From NCBI RefSeq assembly GCF_044704955.1, contig NC_091985.1:216628001-216692000 (forward strand): DNA of 64,000 bases, written 5' to 3'. Of this stretch, positions 1 to 12,517 are shown one piece after another; position 1 is the first letter of the stretch; each line of letters opens with the position of its first letter. The notes below the pieces were generated by a model. It did not search any database. It saw only the letters and a list, made by a program, of their open reading frames with translations, and had not been told where the DNA came from. The position numbers and the translations under genes are program-made. This DNA comes from Pristiophorus japonicus. Its lineage: Eukaryota.

Positions 1-3000
1 AGAAGTTGAGGGACCTGGTCGGGTCCTTCGACTTGGTGGACGTCTGGCGAAATCTCCACCCCGACTCCAGCGCCTTTACTTGGGTGAGGCCTGGAGTTGG
101 ATGGTCTAGAGTCGACCGCCTTTACGTGTCTCGGGCGTACGTTTCCTGCGTCCCGGCGGCCTCCATGCGGCCGGTGCCGTGTTCGGACCACCACCTGGTG
201 TGGGCGGAGCTCGCTTCGCTCCGCGCGAGGACGGGGTCCGCGTACTGGCACTTTAACAACCGGCTGCTGGAGGACGTGCGGTTCCAGGACTTGTTCCGTC
301 GATTCTGGTCCGACTGGAGAAGGAAGCAGGGGGGCTTCCCCTCCTTGAGGCTATGGTGGGACGTGGGCAAGGCTCACGTCCGCGTCTTCTGTCAAGAGTA
401 CGCGAGGGGGTCGACCAAGAGGCGGGCGGCCAGAGTCGGGCGCCTAGAAAAAGAGGTGCTCGACCTGGAAGCCCGTCTCGGTCAAGTCGTCCAGGACCCG
501 GCCCTGCGGACGGTGTACGAAGCGAAGAAGGCCGCGCTGAAGGACCTGCAGCTCGTCGGGTCCCGAGGCGCGTTCGTGAGGTCGCGGATCCGGTTCCTGC
601 GGGATCTGGACCGCGGCTCCCCCTTCTTCTACTCGCTGGAAAAAAGGCAGAGTGTCCGTAAGCAGCTCTTGACGCTGCTGGCCGACGACGGCTCTCTCGT
701 CTCGGATCCGGAGGGCGTCAACAACAGGGTCCGTGAATATTACGGGGCTCTGTTCTCTCCGGATCCATCCAGCGAGGAAGCGCGTAGAGTTTTGTGGGAG
801 GACCTGCCGAAGGTCAGCCCGGAGGGCGCCGAAAATCTGGAAGCTCCGCTAAGCCTGGCGGAGCTGACCGGTGCCCTCGCCCGGCTCTCGAGGGGAAAAT
901 CCCCGGGGCTGGACGGGCTGACCGTGGAGTTCCACAGGGCGTTCTGGGACGTCCTGGGGAGCGACTACGCGCGGGTCCTGGGGGAAAGTCTGGCGACCGG
1001 GGAGATGCCCCTCTCTTGGCGCAGGGCAGTCATCGTCCTGCTGCCTAAGAAGGGCGATCTCCGCCTCCTTAAGAACTGGCGCCCGGTCTCCCTCCTCAGC
1101 ACGGACTACAAAATCTTCGCCAGGGCGATGTCTGCTCGCCTTGGTGCCGTGCTGGACCACATGATCCACCCCGACCTGTCATACACGGTCCCGGGCCGGA
1201 CAATCCACGATAACATCCATCTGGTCCGGGACCTCATCCATTGTTCCCAGGAGGCTGGTCTGTCGGTCGCCTTCCTATCCCTCGACCAAGAGAAGGCGTT
1301 CGACAGGGTGGATCACGACTATCTGCTCGGAACTTTGTGCGCTTTCGGGTTCGGGACGCATTTCGTCGCCCGGATCCGACTTTTGTACGCCGCCGCGGAG
1401 TGTCTGATTAAGGTTAACGGGTCCTTGACGGCGCCCCTTCGCTTTAGGAGAGGGGTGCGCCAGGGATGCCCCATGTCCGGCCAGTTATACGCCGTTTGCG
1501 TGGAGCCTTTCCTGCGCCTCTTGCGGACGAGGTTGACGGGACTGGCTCTGCAAGGGCTGGGCGTGGAGGTCGTCCTCTCGGCTTACGCCGATGACGTGCT
1601 CCTCGCGATAGAGGATCCCGCTGACCTGCGGAGGATGCGTGAGTGCCAGGAGATTTACTCGGCCGCGTCCTCCGCCAGGATCAACTGGGAGAAATGTTCC
1701 GGACTCCTGGTGGGTCAGTGGCGGGTGGACTCCCTGCCGGAGGAGCTCAGGCCTTTTGCCTGGAGCACGACCCATCTCCTCTATCTGGGAGTCTACCTTA
1801 GCCCCGACGAGGGAGCCTGGCCGGCGAACTGGCAGGAGCTGGAGGCCAAGGTCGCCGCTCGCCTAGGGCGCTGGACAGGACTGCTCCGAGTGCTGTCCTA
1901 CAGGGGTCGAGCGCTAGTCATAAACCAGCTGGTGGCCGCAATGCTGTGGTACCGGCTGGTCACTTTGACCCCTCCCCCTGCGTTTGTCGCCAAGATACAG
2001 AAGAAGCTGGTGGACTTCTTCTGGAACAACAGGAAGCACTGGGTCTCTGCCGCGGTCTTGAGTCTCCCGCTTGAGGAGGGCGGTCAGTCGTTGGTGTGCG
2101 TCAGCGCCCAGCTCGCGACTTTCCGTCTTCAGACCCTGCAGAGATACCTTTACGTCGAGCCCCCTCCTAGGTGGTGCGCTCTGGCGAGGTATTTCTTCCG
2201 CCAGCAGCTCGACCTCAATTATGACACGCAGCTCCTGTTTGTGAACTTGGGGGGTGCCAGGACCGCCCTCCGGGAGCTGCCTGTCTTTTACAGGGAACTC
2301 ATCAGGGTCTGGAACAAAGTCTCCACCAAGCGCAGCTCTCCGCCGGCTTGAGTGGCGGCCGTCCTGCAGGAACCGCTGCTCGGGAATCCCTACCTCCACG
2401 GCCGAGGTTTTATGTGGCGGTCGGAAGAGAGGGCTGTGGCTGGTGAGGTGACCAGGGTCAGGGACCTGCTCGATGGCGGAGGAGCGGGCTGGATGGCGCC
2501 AGACACACTGGCGCGGCGCCTAAATTCTGCCAACGTCCGCCACGCGGCCGATGCCATCGAGTCGCTAAAAACAGCTCTGGGCCCTGACTCCGTTAGGTGC
2601 ATCGAGGAGGCTCAAGCACGTGGGGAGATCCCGTCCGAACTGACCCCCGTCCGGACGGAATTCCTCATCGGCGCCAAACCCCGGAACCTCCCTCGGGGGC
2701 CGGCGCCTCACAACTTGAGCCGCCTCGGGGAAATCCCCTCCGTGCCTTTCAGTTCCGCGCGGAGGGGTTTCCTGTACGGGCTGCTCCTGCACACCCTCAA
2801 CTTTGCCATCCTCGCCGGCCGTCCGGACACGCCATGGCGTACCATCTTGCCGTCCGGAGGAGGCGGGGGTCCCCGATGGAGGGCACTCTACGCAGGGGTC
2901 CTCCCACTATTCATCGGGGACTTGGCCTGGAGGGTGGTGCACGGAGCAGTGCCGTGCAACAAATTTTTAAGCCGGTTCACGGACTCCCAGGCCGCCTGCA

Positions 3001-3649
3001 ATTTCTGCGGTCTGGAGGAGTCCGTGTTCCATGTTTTTATTGAGTGCACGAGGTTGCAGCCCCTGTTCCATTATTTGAAGGGGCTGCTCCTGAAATTCTG
3101 GCTGCACTTCAGTCCCACTCTCCTGATCTTTGGGCACCCTGTGCGGAGGGGAGCGGGTAGGTCCGAAGGCCTCCTCGTAGGACTGCTCCTGGGCACGGCC
3201 AAGGGTGCCATCAGCCGGTCCAGGCAGCGGGCGGTCGAGGGGGTCGTTCAACCTGACTGCCTGCCTCTCTTCCGCTCTTACATCCGGTCCAGGGTGTCCT
3301 TGGAGATGGAGCACGCGGTGTCCACCGGTACGCTCGTGGCCTTCCGCGAGAGGTGGGCACCGGAGGGACTGGAGTGCATCATCACGCCCGGCAACCAAAT
3401 TTTAATTTGATTTTACGTTTTTAAGTTTAATTTGTTTTAATTGCCGGTGCTTTTAGTGTCCCCCTTCCCTTTTATAGGGGGCACTGGGGAAAATTGTGAT
3501 TTTAGTGCCCAAAAAAAAAAAAAGAAAAACACAAAAAAAAACTAAAAAAGGGGAAAAAAAAAAAAGGGCCTTGTAAATGTCTGGTGTGTCACCCAGGTCG
3601 GGTGGCACCGTTTAATGTTTTATGTTTTCGCAGGTAAACTCAAAAGAGT
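1..3649 (+). mobile_element. Tx1-clade (L1 superfamily) non-LTR retrotransposon, copy 1; 5' part lies outside the window
   Basis: ORF2 has the APE endonuclease C-terminus (SDH), RT motifs (KSPGLDG, NWRPVSLL, DQEKAFDRV, GVRQGCP, YADD) and a C-terminal CCHC (CNFC..HVFIEC). The 3' UTR is homologous to copy 2 and ends ...CAAAAGAGT. Confidence 0.93.
6..3410 (+). pseudogene. Tx1 ORF2 (EN-RT-zf), colinear except for one in-frame TGA at 2349-2351
   Basis: ORFs 6..2351 and 2352..3410 are in the same frame. Copy 2 has Gly (PPAGVAAV) at this codon, so this is a GGA>TGA nonsense change. Confidence 0.9.
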
Positions 3650-3659
3650 TTCCTTCAAC

Positions 3660-3935
3660 ACAGTGGGCAGGGCTCCTTGGCGCTGCCGGCTCCTATTGGT
3701 GGGAGTGGCTGGCAATCTGCTGCGTGCAGCCAATAGACTGTCGGGACTATGCACCGAACGCGCTCTGTGGCGGCAGTGCGCATTCTCGGTACCGCCCTCC
3801 CCACCCCCAGTCCCCGGATGCCGCGCAGTTTGCTGTAACCAACGGTTGGATAATGTGAGGAACCGGGGGCCGCAGGGAACCGGACTGATGGTGGGCGGCT
3901 GGGGCCGGGGCAGAGCAGGCGGGCGCGGTGAGTCT
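3660..3935 (+). promoter_or_regulatory. CpG-island promoter / first exon, probably of the downstream ZNF gene
   Basis: GC/CpG-rich, with ATTGG (~3696) and CCAAT (~3731) boxes, GC boxes, a TGCGCA motif and a strong donor GTGAGT at 3928. Further splice sites: CCACAG ending at 4256, AGGTAAG donors at 4383 and 4448. Confidence 0.55.
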
Positions 3936-5019
3936 GTGAGGGAAAGCACCGGACTGAACACACAGCCCTGCAGCTCAGTGTTTGGGGACATGCGGGAGAT
4001 AGACTGAAACTTCCAGTGAGATCAGTTAGTGTGTAACCCGGGGAGAATTCTGGTGATTTTCTGTAAGTCCAAATGGGCGGGACAGGAATCTTGAGGAAAA
4101 GGATAAAATCAAACAGAAATACTGGACATATACTTTTCTGAAACTTTGGAAAAACACTTTACATTACATTCCACTTCACAACATTAATCTTCTAATTTTA
4201 TGCCCTGTGATAATTCGATCCCGGTGAATCACGGAGTGATTGAGAATGTTCCACAGCTGGAAGGAAACCGGGATTGTGGACTGAGGAACAACAGCAGGTG
4301 AACCAGCACAGGATTGTGAGAGCACCAACCATGGAGCCCCTTTCCGATTGAAAGCGCTTCAATAGATCGACTGGGGAGAAAGGTAAGAGAAAGTGCCATT
4401 TACTCAGATACACACCGGTCCTGTAGACAGTACACACAGGTTACAAGGTAAGACAGGAAATGAGACTGGGAGAGTCTGACCACCGAGCACAATTATCCAG
4501 CTTGAGGCCGTGCAATGGGATGTGAATTGAGATCAGTTTCTGTCTCTAAACACAGTCACAGTGAATCTTGTGTGTGTTTTAGAGTAAAGGGCTTTGATCT
4601 AAGAGGTGACTCCAGTTTGAGGCAGAGCCCAGCAGATGGACCCGTCTCTGTACATTCGGTGGGGCTGAACTCACACCGACACCATCAGATCTCAATGTTC
4701 AAATATTTCCCATCTCGTGAGAAAGTCAATGGAAAGATTGAACTGGAAGCACGTCGTCAATTCACTGATCATGATGCACAGACCAATCTGAAATACCAGC
4801 ACGGCCTATCACTGACAGAATCAATTATTCATTCATGAACATTTAGAATTATAAGAAAATATATTGATAACTACTAATGAAGCATTTCCGATTAATCGAT
4901 CACTAGAGATATGTAGTTTTCTAATATACTGAAACAGAGATATGGAGAGTTGCAATTTATTTATTGGCGTCGTACTTGACCCCAAGATGAGCTTCTGAAC
5001 CCATATTCCCTCAATCACC

Positions 5020-5930
5020 GAGTACGCTTACTTCCAGCTACATAACATCGCCGGTCTCTGCCCCTTCCTCATCCATGCCTCTGTTACCACAACATTGGAC
5101 TATTCCAATGCTCTCCTGATCGGCATCACACCACGCACTCTCCGTAAACTTAATCTTATCAAAAACACTCCTGCCCGTATCCTTACTCAGGAACACAAGA
5201 GATAGCAGGCGTAGGCCATACGACCCCTTCCATCTACTCTGCCATATAGTAAGATCTATATTCGATAGAGAATTTCAAAGATTCACAACTCTAAGTGAAG
5301 AAATATCTTCTCATCTCAGTCTTAAATAGGCGATCTCATCCTAATACTAGGATCGATCCCTAGTTCAAGACTATCCAGCCCTTGTGAATTCTTCTAAGAA
5401 TTCTATGTTTCAATGATATCACCTTCCATTCTTCTAAACTCCAGAGAATATACTAATCAATCTGTCCTCAGCCCTCTCATCCAAATTGTATCAATTTCCC
5501 TTCACCCATCACCCCTGAGCTCGCTGAACTACATTGGCTCCTGCTCCATCAGTGCCTCAATTTCAAAATTCTTGTCCTTGTTTTGACATCCGACCAGGAC
5601 CTTGTCCCTCCCTATAACCTCCTCCAACCCTCCAACCCTCGGAGATCTTTCCATTCCTCCAATTCTGGCCTCTTGAGCAGCCCCAATTTTCATCCCTCTA
5701 ATATTGGTGGCCGTACCTTCAGCTGCTGAGGCCATAAGCTCTGGAATTCCCTCCCTAAACCTCTCTATAATACTCCTTAATACCTACCCTTTTGAACAAG
5801 CTTTTAGTCACTTGTGCTAATATTTCCTTACGTGACTGGATGTCAAATTTTGTTTGATAACGGTCCTGTGAATTGCCTGGGACATTTTTCTACTTCTAAG
5901 GCACGATATTAATGCAATTTGTTGCTGATA
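5020..5930 (+). mobile_element. Degraded L2 LINE 3' portion, interrupted by a minus-strand CR1 fragment (~5190-5480)
   Basis: Remnant L2 RT C-terminus (IHA..LDYSNALL, LHWL, GGRTFS..LWNSLP) and an L2-type tail (AAGGCACGATATTAATGCAATTTGTTG). Confidence 0.7.
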
Positions 5931-6849
5931 ACTGAAGATATTTCGAATTGTAATGTCTCTCACTAGGGTACAGTTTCCTCTGGCACCGACTCTCACTGGG
6001 GTACAGTTCCTCTGACACAGATTTACTGTGTATCTAATTCGTGCTGTCCCTGCCCTGGGACAGTTTAGAGGGAGCTTTAACCTGAAACTGATCAGGAGCT
6101 GCGGGTGGAAAGTTTTCAGTGCAGTGATAGATCGTACTGCTGCTGAATTTTAGTTGATAAGCTGCCCAGTGCACTTGGGGTGGACACTGAAGTTCGTCCA
6201 GTGGCAGTGTAGAGGGAACTTTACTCTGTATCCAACTCATACTCCACCTAGTCTCTGGGAATTTAATGTGAATTTGAAAGCAACTGCGAGAAATTTATTC
6301 TGCAGTTTGGGGTGTCTAGGACGAGGGGACATAACCTTAAAATCAGAGCCAGGCCATTCAAGAGAGATGTTAGGAAACATTTCTTCACTCAATGGATGGT
6401 TGAAGTGTGGAACTTCCCACAATAAGCAATCGTTGTTCGCCCATTGAATAACTTTCGGCCGGTTGTGATTTCTGCCCAATGACCCGTTGCTTGTTCCCTT
6501 GGATTGGATCTTTATTTATTTCCTTTGGTTTGTTTTCAGTTTCATTGCTGGACCCACCACTCAAAGCACTTTGTCTGATCTGCCCCTGGGAATGAGCAGA
6601 CTCCTCCCTCATCTCCCACACTGCACCGTCTCCTTCTCTTTCCCCCTTGGTTGTGTTCCACACTCTGGGCCCTGGCCCTTTCCCGGGGATTCTCAGTATG
6701 AACAGCGGGATGTGTGTTGAGACGGGATGTGTGTTGAGACAGGATGTCCCAGCTCTCCACCTTTAAATGGCCCTGCTTTATGACATCACTGCAGTGCCTA
6801 GTGACTAACCTCACTGATCCCAGCTCATTATGGGCTGGCAGTGTCTGAT

Positions 6850-8668
6850 GGGACAGTGTAGAGGGAGAAAGACTTGGATTTATTTGGTGCATTTCACGAC
6901 CACCGGACCTCTCAAAGCGCTTTACAGCCAATGAAGTACTTTTGGATTGTAGTCACTGTTGTAATAAGGGAGATTTACTCTGCATCTGACCCATGCTGTA
7001 CCTGCCCTGGGAGTGTTTGATGGGATAATGTCGATGGAGTTTTACTCTGTATCTGACCTGTGCTTTACCTGTCCTGCAAGTATTTGATGGCTCAGTGCAG
7101 AGGGGACTTTACTTTGTATCTAACCCATGCTGTACCTACCCTGGGTGTGTTTGATGGGACAGTGTAGAGGGAGCTTTACGCTGTATCTAACCCATGCTGT
7201 ACCTTCCCTGCGAGTGTTTGTTGGGATAGTGTAGAGGAAGATTTCCTCTTTATCTATCCCGTGCTGTACTTGCCCCTGGGACTGTTTGATGGGACAATGG
7301 ATAGGGAGCTTTACTCTGTATCTAACCTGTGCTGTACCTGCCCTGGGAGTGTTTGTTGGGTCAGTGTAGATGGAGCTTTACTCTGTATCTAACCAGTACC
7401 GTACCTGCCCTGGGAGTTTTTGACGGGACAATGTAAAGGGAGCTTTACGCGGTATCTAACCCATGTTGTACCTGTTCAGGCAGAGTTTGACGGGACAGTT
7501 TAGAGGGAGATTTACACTGTATCTAACCCTTGCTCTACCTGCCCTGAGAGTGTTTGATGGAACAGTTTGGAGGGAGCTTTTCTCTGTAACTAACCCGTGC
7601 TGTACCTGCTCTGGGAGTGTTTGATGGGATAATGTAGACGGAGATTTACTGTGTATCTAAACTGCTAACCTCGCAAGTTGTGACGAGGACTCCAATAATC
7701 TACAAAGGGATATAGATAGGCTCAGTGAGTGGCCAATACTTTGGCAGATGGAGTATAATGTGGGAAAATGTGAGATTATTCACTTTGGTAGGAGAAATAA
7801 AAAAGCAAATTATTATTTAAATGGAGAGAGAATACAAAATGCCGTGTACAGCGGGATCTGGGGATCCTTGTACATGAAACACAAGAATTTAGCATGCAGT
7901 TACAGCAATTAATTAGGAAGGCAAATGGAATGGTGGCCTTTATTGCAAGGGGGATGGAATATAAAATTAGGTAAGTCCTGCTGCAAATGTACATGGCATT
8001 GGTAAGACCACACCTGGAGTACTACGTACAGTTTTGGTCTCCTTATTTCAGGAAGGATATACTTGCACTGGAGGCAGTTCAGAGAAGGTTCACGAGGTTC
8101 ATTGCTGAGATGAAGGGGTTGTCATAATGAGAAAGGTTGAGCAGGTTGGGCCTGTACGCATTGGAGTTTAGAAGACTTAGAGGTGATCTTATTGAAATGT
8201 ATAAGATTCTGAGGGGGCTTGACAGGGTAGATACAGAGAGGATGTTCCCCCACGTGGGGGAATCTAACACTGGGGGGCATAGTTTCAGAATAAGGGCTCG
8301 CTCATTTAAAAGGGAAATCAGGAGCAATTTCTTGTCTGAGGGACGTGAATCTTTGGAATTCGCTACCTCAGAGAGCTGTGGGGGCTGGGTCATTGAATGT
8401 ATTTAAGGTGGGGATAGACAGATTTTTGAACGATAAGGGAGTCAAGGGTTATGGAGAGTGGGCGGGGAAGTGGAGTTGAGGCCTGGATCTGATCAGCCAT
8501 GATCTTATTGAATGGCGGAGCAGGCTCGAGGGGTCAAATGGTCTACTCTGCTCCTATTTCTTATGTTCCATACCTGCCCTTGGAGTGTTTGATGGGACAG
8601 TGTAGTTGGAGGTTTACTCTGTATCTAACCCATGCTGCACCTGCCCTGGGAGCGATTCGTTAGACAGT
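6850..8668 (+). repeat. ~67-bp minisatellite (GGGACAGTGTAGAGGGAGCTTTACTCTGTATCTAACCCRTGCTGTACCTGCCCTGGGAGTGTTTGAT), ~12 units, split by an L2-type tail fragment (~6868-6968) and a CR1 (7665-8570)
   Basis: Unit starts spaced 67-68 bp apart (e.g. 7156, 7223, 7291). The array resumes at ~8570 after the CR1. Confidence 0.9.
7665..8570 (+). mobile_element. 5'-truncated CR1 LINE
   Basis: CR1 ORF2 C-terminal motifs ([31 protein letters not shown]) and a TTCTTATG-type tail. Confidence 0.9.
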
Positions 8669-10690
8669 ACATAAGAAATAGGAACAGGAGTAGGCCATAC
8701 GGCCCCTCGAGCCTGCTCCGCTATTCAATAAGATTATGGCTGATCTGATCATGGACTCAGCTCCACTTCCCCGCCTACTCCCCATAACCCCTTATCCTCT
8801 TATCGTTTAAGAAACTGTCTATTTCTGTCTTAAATTTATTCAATGTCCCAGCTTCCACAGCTCTCTGAGGCAGCGAATTCCACAGATTTACAACCCTCAG
8901 AGAACAAATTTCTCCTGATCTCCTTTTTAAATGGGCGGCCCCTTATTCTAAGATCATGACCTCTAGTTCTAGTCTCCCCCATCAGTGGAAACATCCTCTC
9001 TGCATCCACCTTGTCGAGCCCCCTCAAAGTCTTACACGTTTCGATAAGATCGCCTCTCATTCTTCTGAACTCCAATGAGTAGAGGCCCAACCTACTCAAC
9101 CTTTCGTCATAAGTCAACCCTCCCTCATCCCCGGAATCAACCTTCTCTGAACTGCCTCCAAAGCAAGTATATCCTTTCGTAAATATGGAAACCAAAACTG
9201 CACACAGTATTCCAGTTGTGGCCTCACCAATACCTTGTATAGCTGTAGCAAGACTTACCTGCTTTTATACTCCATCCCCTTTGCAATAAAGGCCAAGATA
9301 CCATTGGTCTTCCTGATCACTTGCTGTACCTGCATACTACCTTTTTGTGTTTAATGCACAAGTATCCCCAGGTCCCACTGTACTGCGGCACTTGGCAATC
9401 TTTCTCCATTTAAATAATAACTTACTCTTTGATTTTTTTTCTGCCAAAGTGCATGACCTCACACTTTCCAACATTATACTCCATCTGCCAAATTTTTGCC
9501 CACTCACTTTGCCTGTCTATATTCTTCTCAGATTTTTTTGTGTCCTCCTCACACATTGCTTTTCCTCCCATCTTTGTGTCGTCAGCAAACTTGGCTACGT
9601 TACACTCAATCCCTTCCTCCAAGTCGTTAATATAAATTGTAAATAGTTGGGGTCACAGCACTGATCCCTGTGGCACCCCACTAGTTGCTGGTTGCCAACC
9701 AGAGAATGAACAATTTATCCTGACTCTGTTCTGTTAGTTAGCCAATCCTCTATCCATGCTAATATATTACACCCAACACCGTGAACTTTTATCTTGACAC
9801 TTTTACGTGACACCTTGTCAAATGCCTTCTGGAAGTCCAAATACACCACATCCACTGGTTCCCCTTTATCCACCCTGTTCCTTACATCCTCAAAGAACTC
9901 CAGCAAATTTGTCAAACATGACTTCCCCTTCATAAATCCATGCTGATTCTGCCTGACCAATTTTGCTCATCCAAATGAACTGCTACTGCTTCTTTAATAA
10001 TGGACTCCAAAATTTTCCCAACCACAGATGTTAGGCTAACTGGCCTATAGTTTCCTGCTTTTAGTCTGCCTCCTTTTTCAAAAAGGGGTGTTACATTTGC
10101 AGTTTTTCAATCTGCTGGGACCTCCCCAGAATCCAGGGAATTTTGATAAATTACAACCAATGCATCCACAATCCCTGCCGCTACTTCTCTTAAGACCCAC
10201 AGATGCAAGCCTTCAGGTCCAGGGGATTTATCTGCCTTTAGTCCCATTATCTTACTGATTACCACCTTCTTAGTGATTGTGATTGTGTTAAGTTCCTCCC
10301 CCCATATAGCCCCTTGACTATCTACTGTTGGAATATTGTTAGTGTCCTCTATCGTAAAGACTGATAGAAAATATCTGTTCAGAGTTTCTGCCATCTCCAT
10401 GTTCCCCATTACTAATTCCCCGGTCTCGTCCTCTAAGGCACCAACATTTACTTTAGCCACTCTTTTCCTTTTTATATACCAATAGAGACTGTTTTTATAG
10501 TTTGTGCTAGTTTACTTTCATAGTCTATCTTCCCTTTCTTAATCATTTTTTTAGTCATTCTTTGCTGACTTTTAAAAGCTTCCCAGTCTTCTGTCCTCCC
10601 ACTAGTTTCAGTTACTTTGTATGCCCTTGTTTTTAATTGAATACCATCCTTTATTTCTTTAGTTAGCCACGGATGGCTATCTTCTTTTAC

Positions 10691-11203
10691 ACTTGCTATT
10701 GAGGGAGTGCAGCGAAGGTTCACCAGACTGATTACCGGGATGGTAGGACGAAAGACATATGACGAAAGACTGTATCGACTAGGCTTATATTCACTGGAAT
10801 TTAGAAGAATGAGAGGGGATCTCATTGAAGCAAATACAATTCTGACGATTGGATAGGTTAGATGCAGGAAGAATGTTCTCGATGTTGGGGAAGTCCAGAA
10901 CCAGGGGTCACAGTCTTAAGGATAAGGGGTAAGCCATTTAGGACCGAGATGAGGCGAAACTTCTTCAGTCAGAGAGTTGTTAACCTGTGGAATTCCCGAC
11001 CGCAAAGAGTTGTTGATTCCAGTTCATTGGATATGTTCAAGAGGGAGTTAGATATGGCCCTTACGGCTAAAGGGATCAAGGGGTATGGAGAGAAAGCAGG
11101 AAAGGGGTACTGAGGGAATGATCAGCCATGATCTTATTGAATGGTGGTGCAGGCTCGAAGGGCCGAATGGTCTACTCCTGCACCTATTTTCTATGTTTCT
11201 GTG
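10691..11203 (+). mobile_element. Nested CR1 3' fragment
   Basis: CR1 C-terminal coding and a TTTCTATG tail, opposite orientation to the host CR1. Confidence 0.85.
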
Positions 11204-11322
11204 TCACTTATCAGCCCCAGCCTGAATGTTGTCCAGGTCTTGCTGTAAGCGGGCATGGACTGCTCCATTATCTGAGGAGTTGCGAATGAAACTGAATACT
11301 GTGCAGTCATCAGCGAACATCC
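11204..11322 (-). mobile_element. Short RT fragment (MFADDCTV) of the LINE family at 21757-23427
   Basis: Near-identical to 22545-22662. Confidence 0.8.
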
Positions 11323-11566
11323 CTAGTTCTGCTTTCATAGCTTTGCAGTCGCCTTTATTTAGAATCAGGACACTGGTTTGAGATCTGACTTTCTCACTCT
11401 CCAACTGAATTTGAAATTCAACCATGTTATGTTCACTTTTTCCCAGAGGATCCTTTACTATGAGATCATTTATTAATCTTGTCTCATTACACAATACCAG
11501 ATCTAAGATAGCCTGCTCCCTGGTTGGTTCTGCAACGTACTGTTCAAGGAGACCATCCCAGATACA

Positions 11567-12517
11567 GGGCCCAAGTTTCCACACGATAAAAAACGGGCGC
11601 CCCTCCGAGCTGGGCGCCCGTTTTTCGCGCCTAAAACGGCACCTAAAAAAAAAATTGCGATTCTGGAGCGCTTTGCAGCTCCTTGTCTGTTTGGCGCGGC
11701 GCCCAGGGGGGGCGGAGCCTACACTCGCGCCGATTTTGTAAGCGGGAGGGGGCGGGTACTATTTAAATTAGTTCTTTTCCTGCCAGCAACGCTGCTCATG
11801 CGCGTTGGAGCGTTCGCGCACGCGCAGTGTGAAAAAAACATTGGCACTCGGCCATTTTTGTAGTTCTTTATAGCTGTTTAATTTTTGAACATTTTTTTAA
11901 TAAAAGCACATTGCCATCAGCACTTGCAGCCTTCTCACTGTTCCCCCCCCCCCCCCCCCCCCGGCGGGAAAGAACGGGCACCTCCTCCTCCCCCCCGCCA
12001 CGGGAAGAACGGGCGCCTCAGGCTGACTGCAGCATTCTCCAGAAGCACTTTCACATAGGTAGGAAGATGGTTTATTTAATCTTTTCTTTGCTTATTGCTT
12101 ATAAATGTTTATTCAGGTTGGATTTATTTGTATAATATTTGTAGAAGTATAAATAAGGATTTATTGTAGAATTTAATGACTTCCCTTCCTCCCCCCCCAC
12201 CTCGTTCTGGATGCCTAATTTGTAACCTGCGCCTGATTTTTTAATGTGTAGAACAGGTTTTTTCAGTTCTACAAAAATCTTCACTTGCTCCATTCTAACT
12301 TAGTTTGGAGTACGTTTTCACTGTGGAAACTTTGAAATCAGGCGTCAGTGGCCGGACACGCCCCCTTTTGCAGAAAAAATTCTGTTCCAAAGTAGAACTG
12401 TTCTACCTGACTAGAACTGCAGAAAAAAAAATGTGGAGAATTGCGATTTCTAAGATAGTCCGTTCTCCACCAGTTGCTCCTAAAAATCAGGTGCAAATCA
12501 TGTGGAAACTTGGGCCA
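11567..12517. mobile_element. Non-autonomous DNA transposon (MITE), PIF/Harbinger-like
   Basis: ~20-bp TIRs GGCCCAAGTTTCCACAYGAT / ATCATGTGGAAACTTGGGCC, 3-bp flanks ACA/ATA, no ORF; interrupts a CR1 that resumes at 12521. Confidence 0.8.

Noticed and set aside
2349-2351. Programmed readthrough or selenocysteine TGA in Tx1 ORF2
   Set aside because: Copy 2 has GGA (Gly) here; a single nonsense substitution is the simpler explanation.
6850-7660. Regularly spaced repeats resembling a CRISPR array
   Set aside because: Whole 67-bp units repeat head-to-tail with no unique spacers and no cas genes, in vertebrate DNA; this is a minisatellite.
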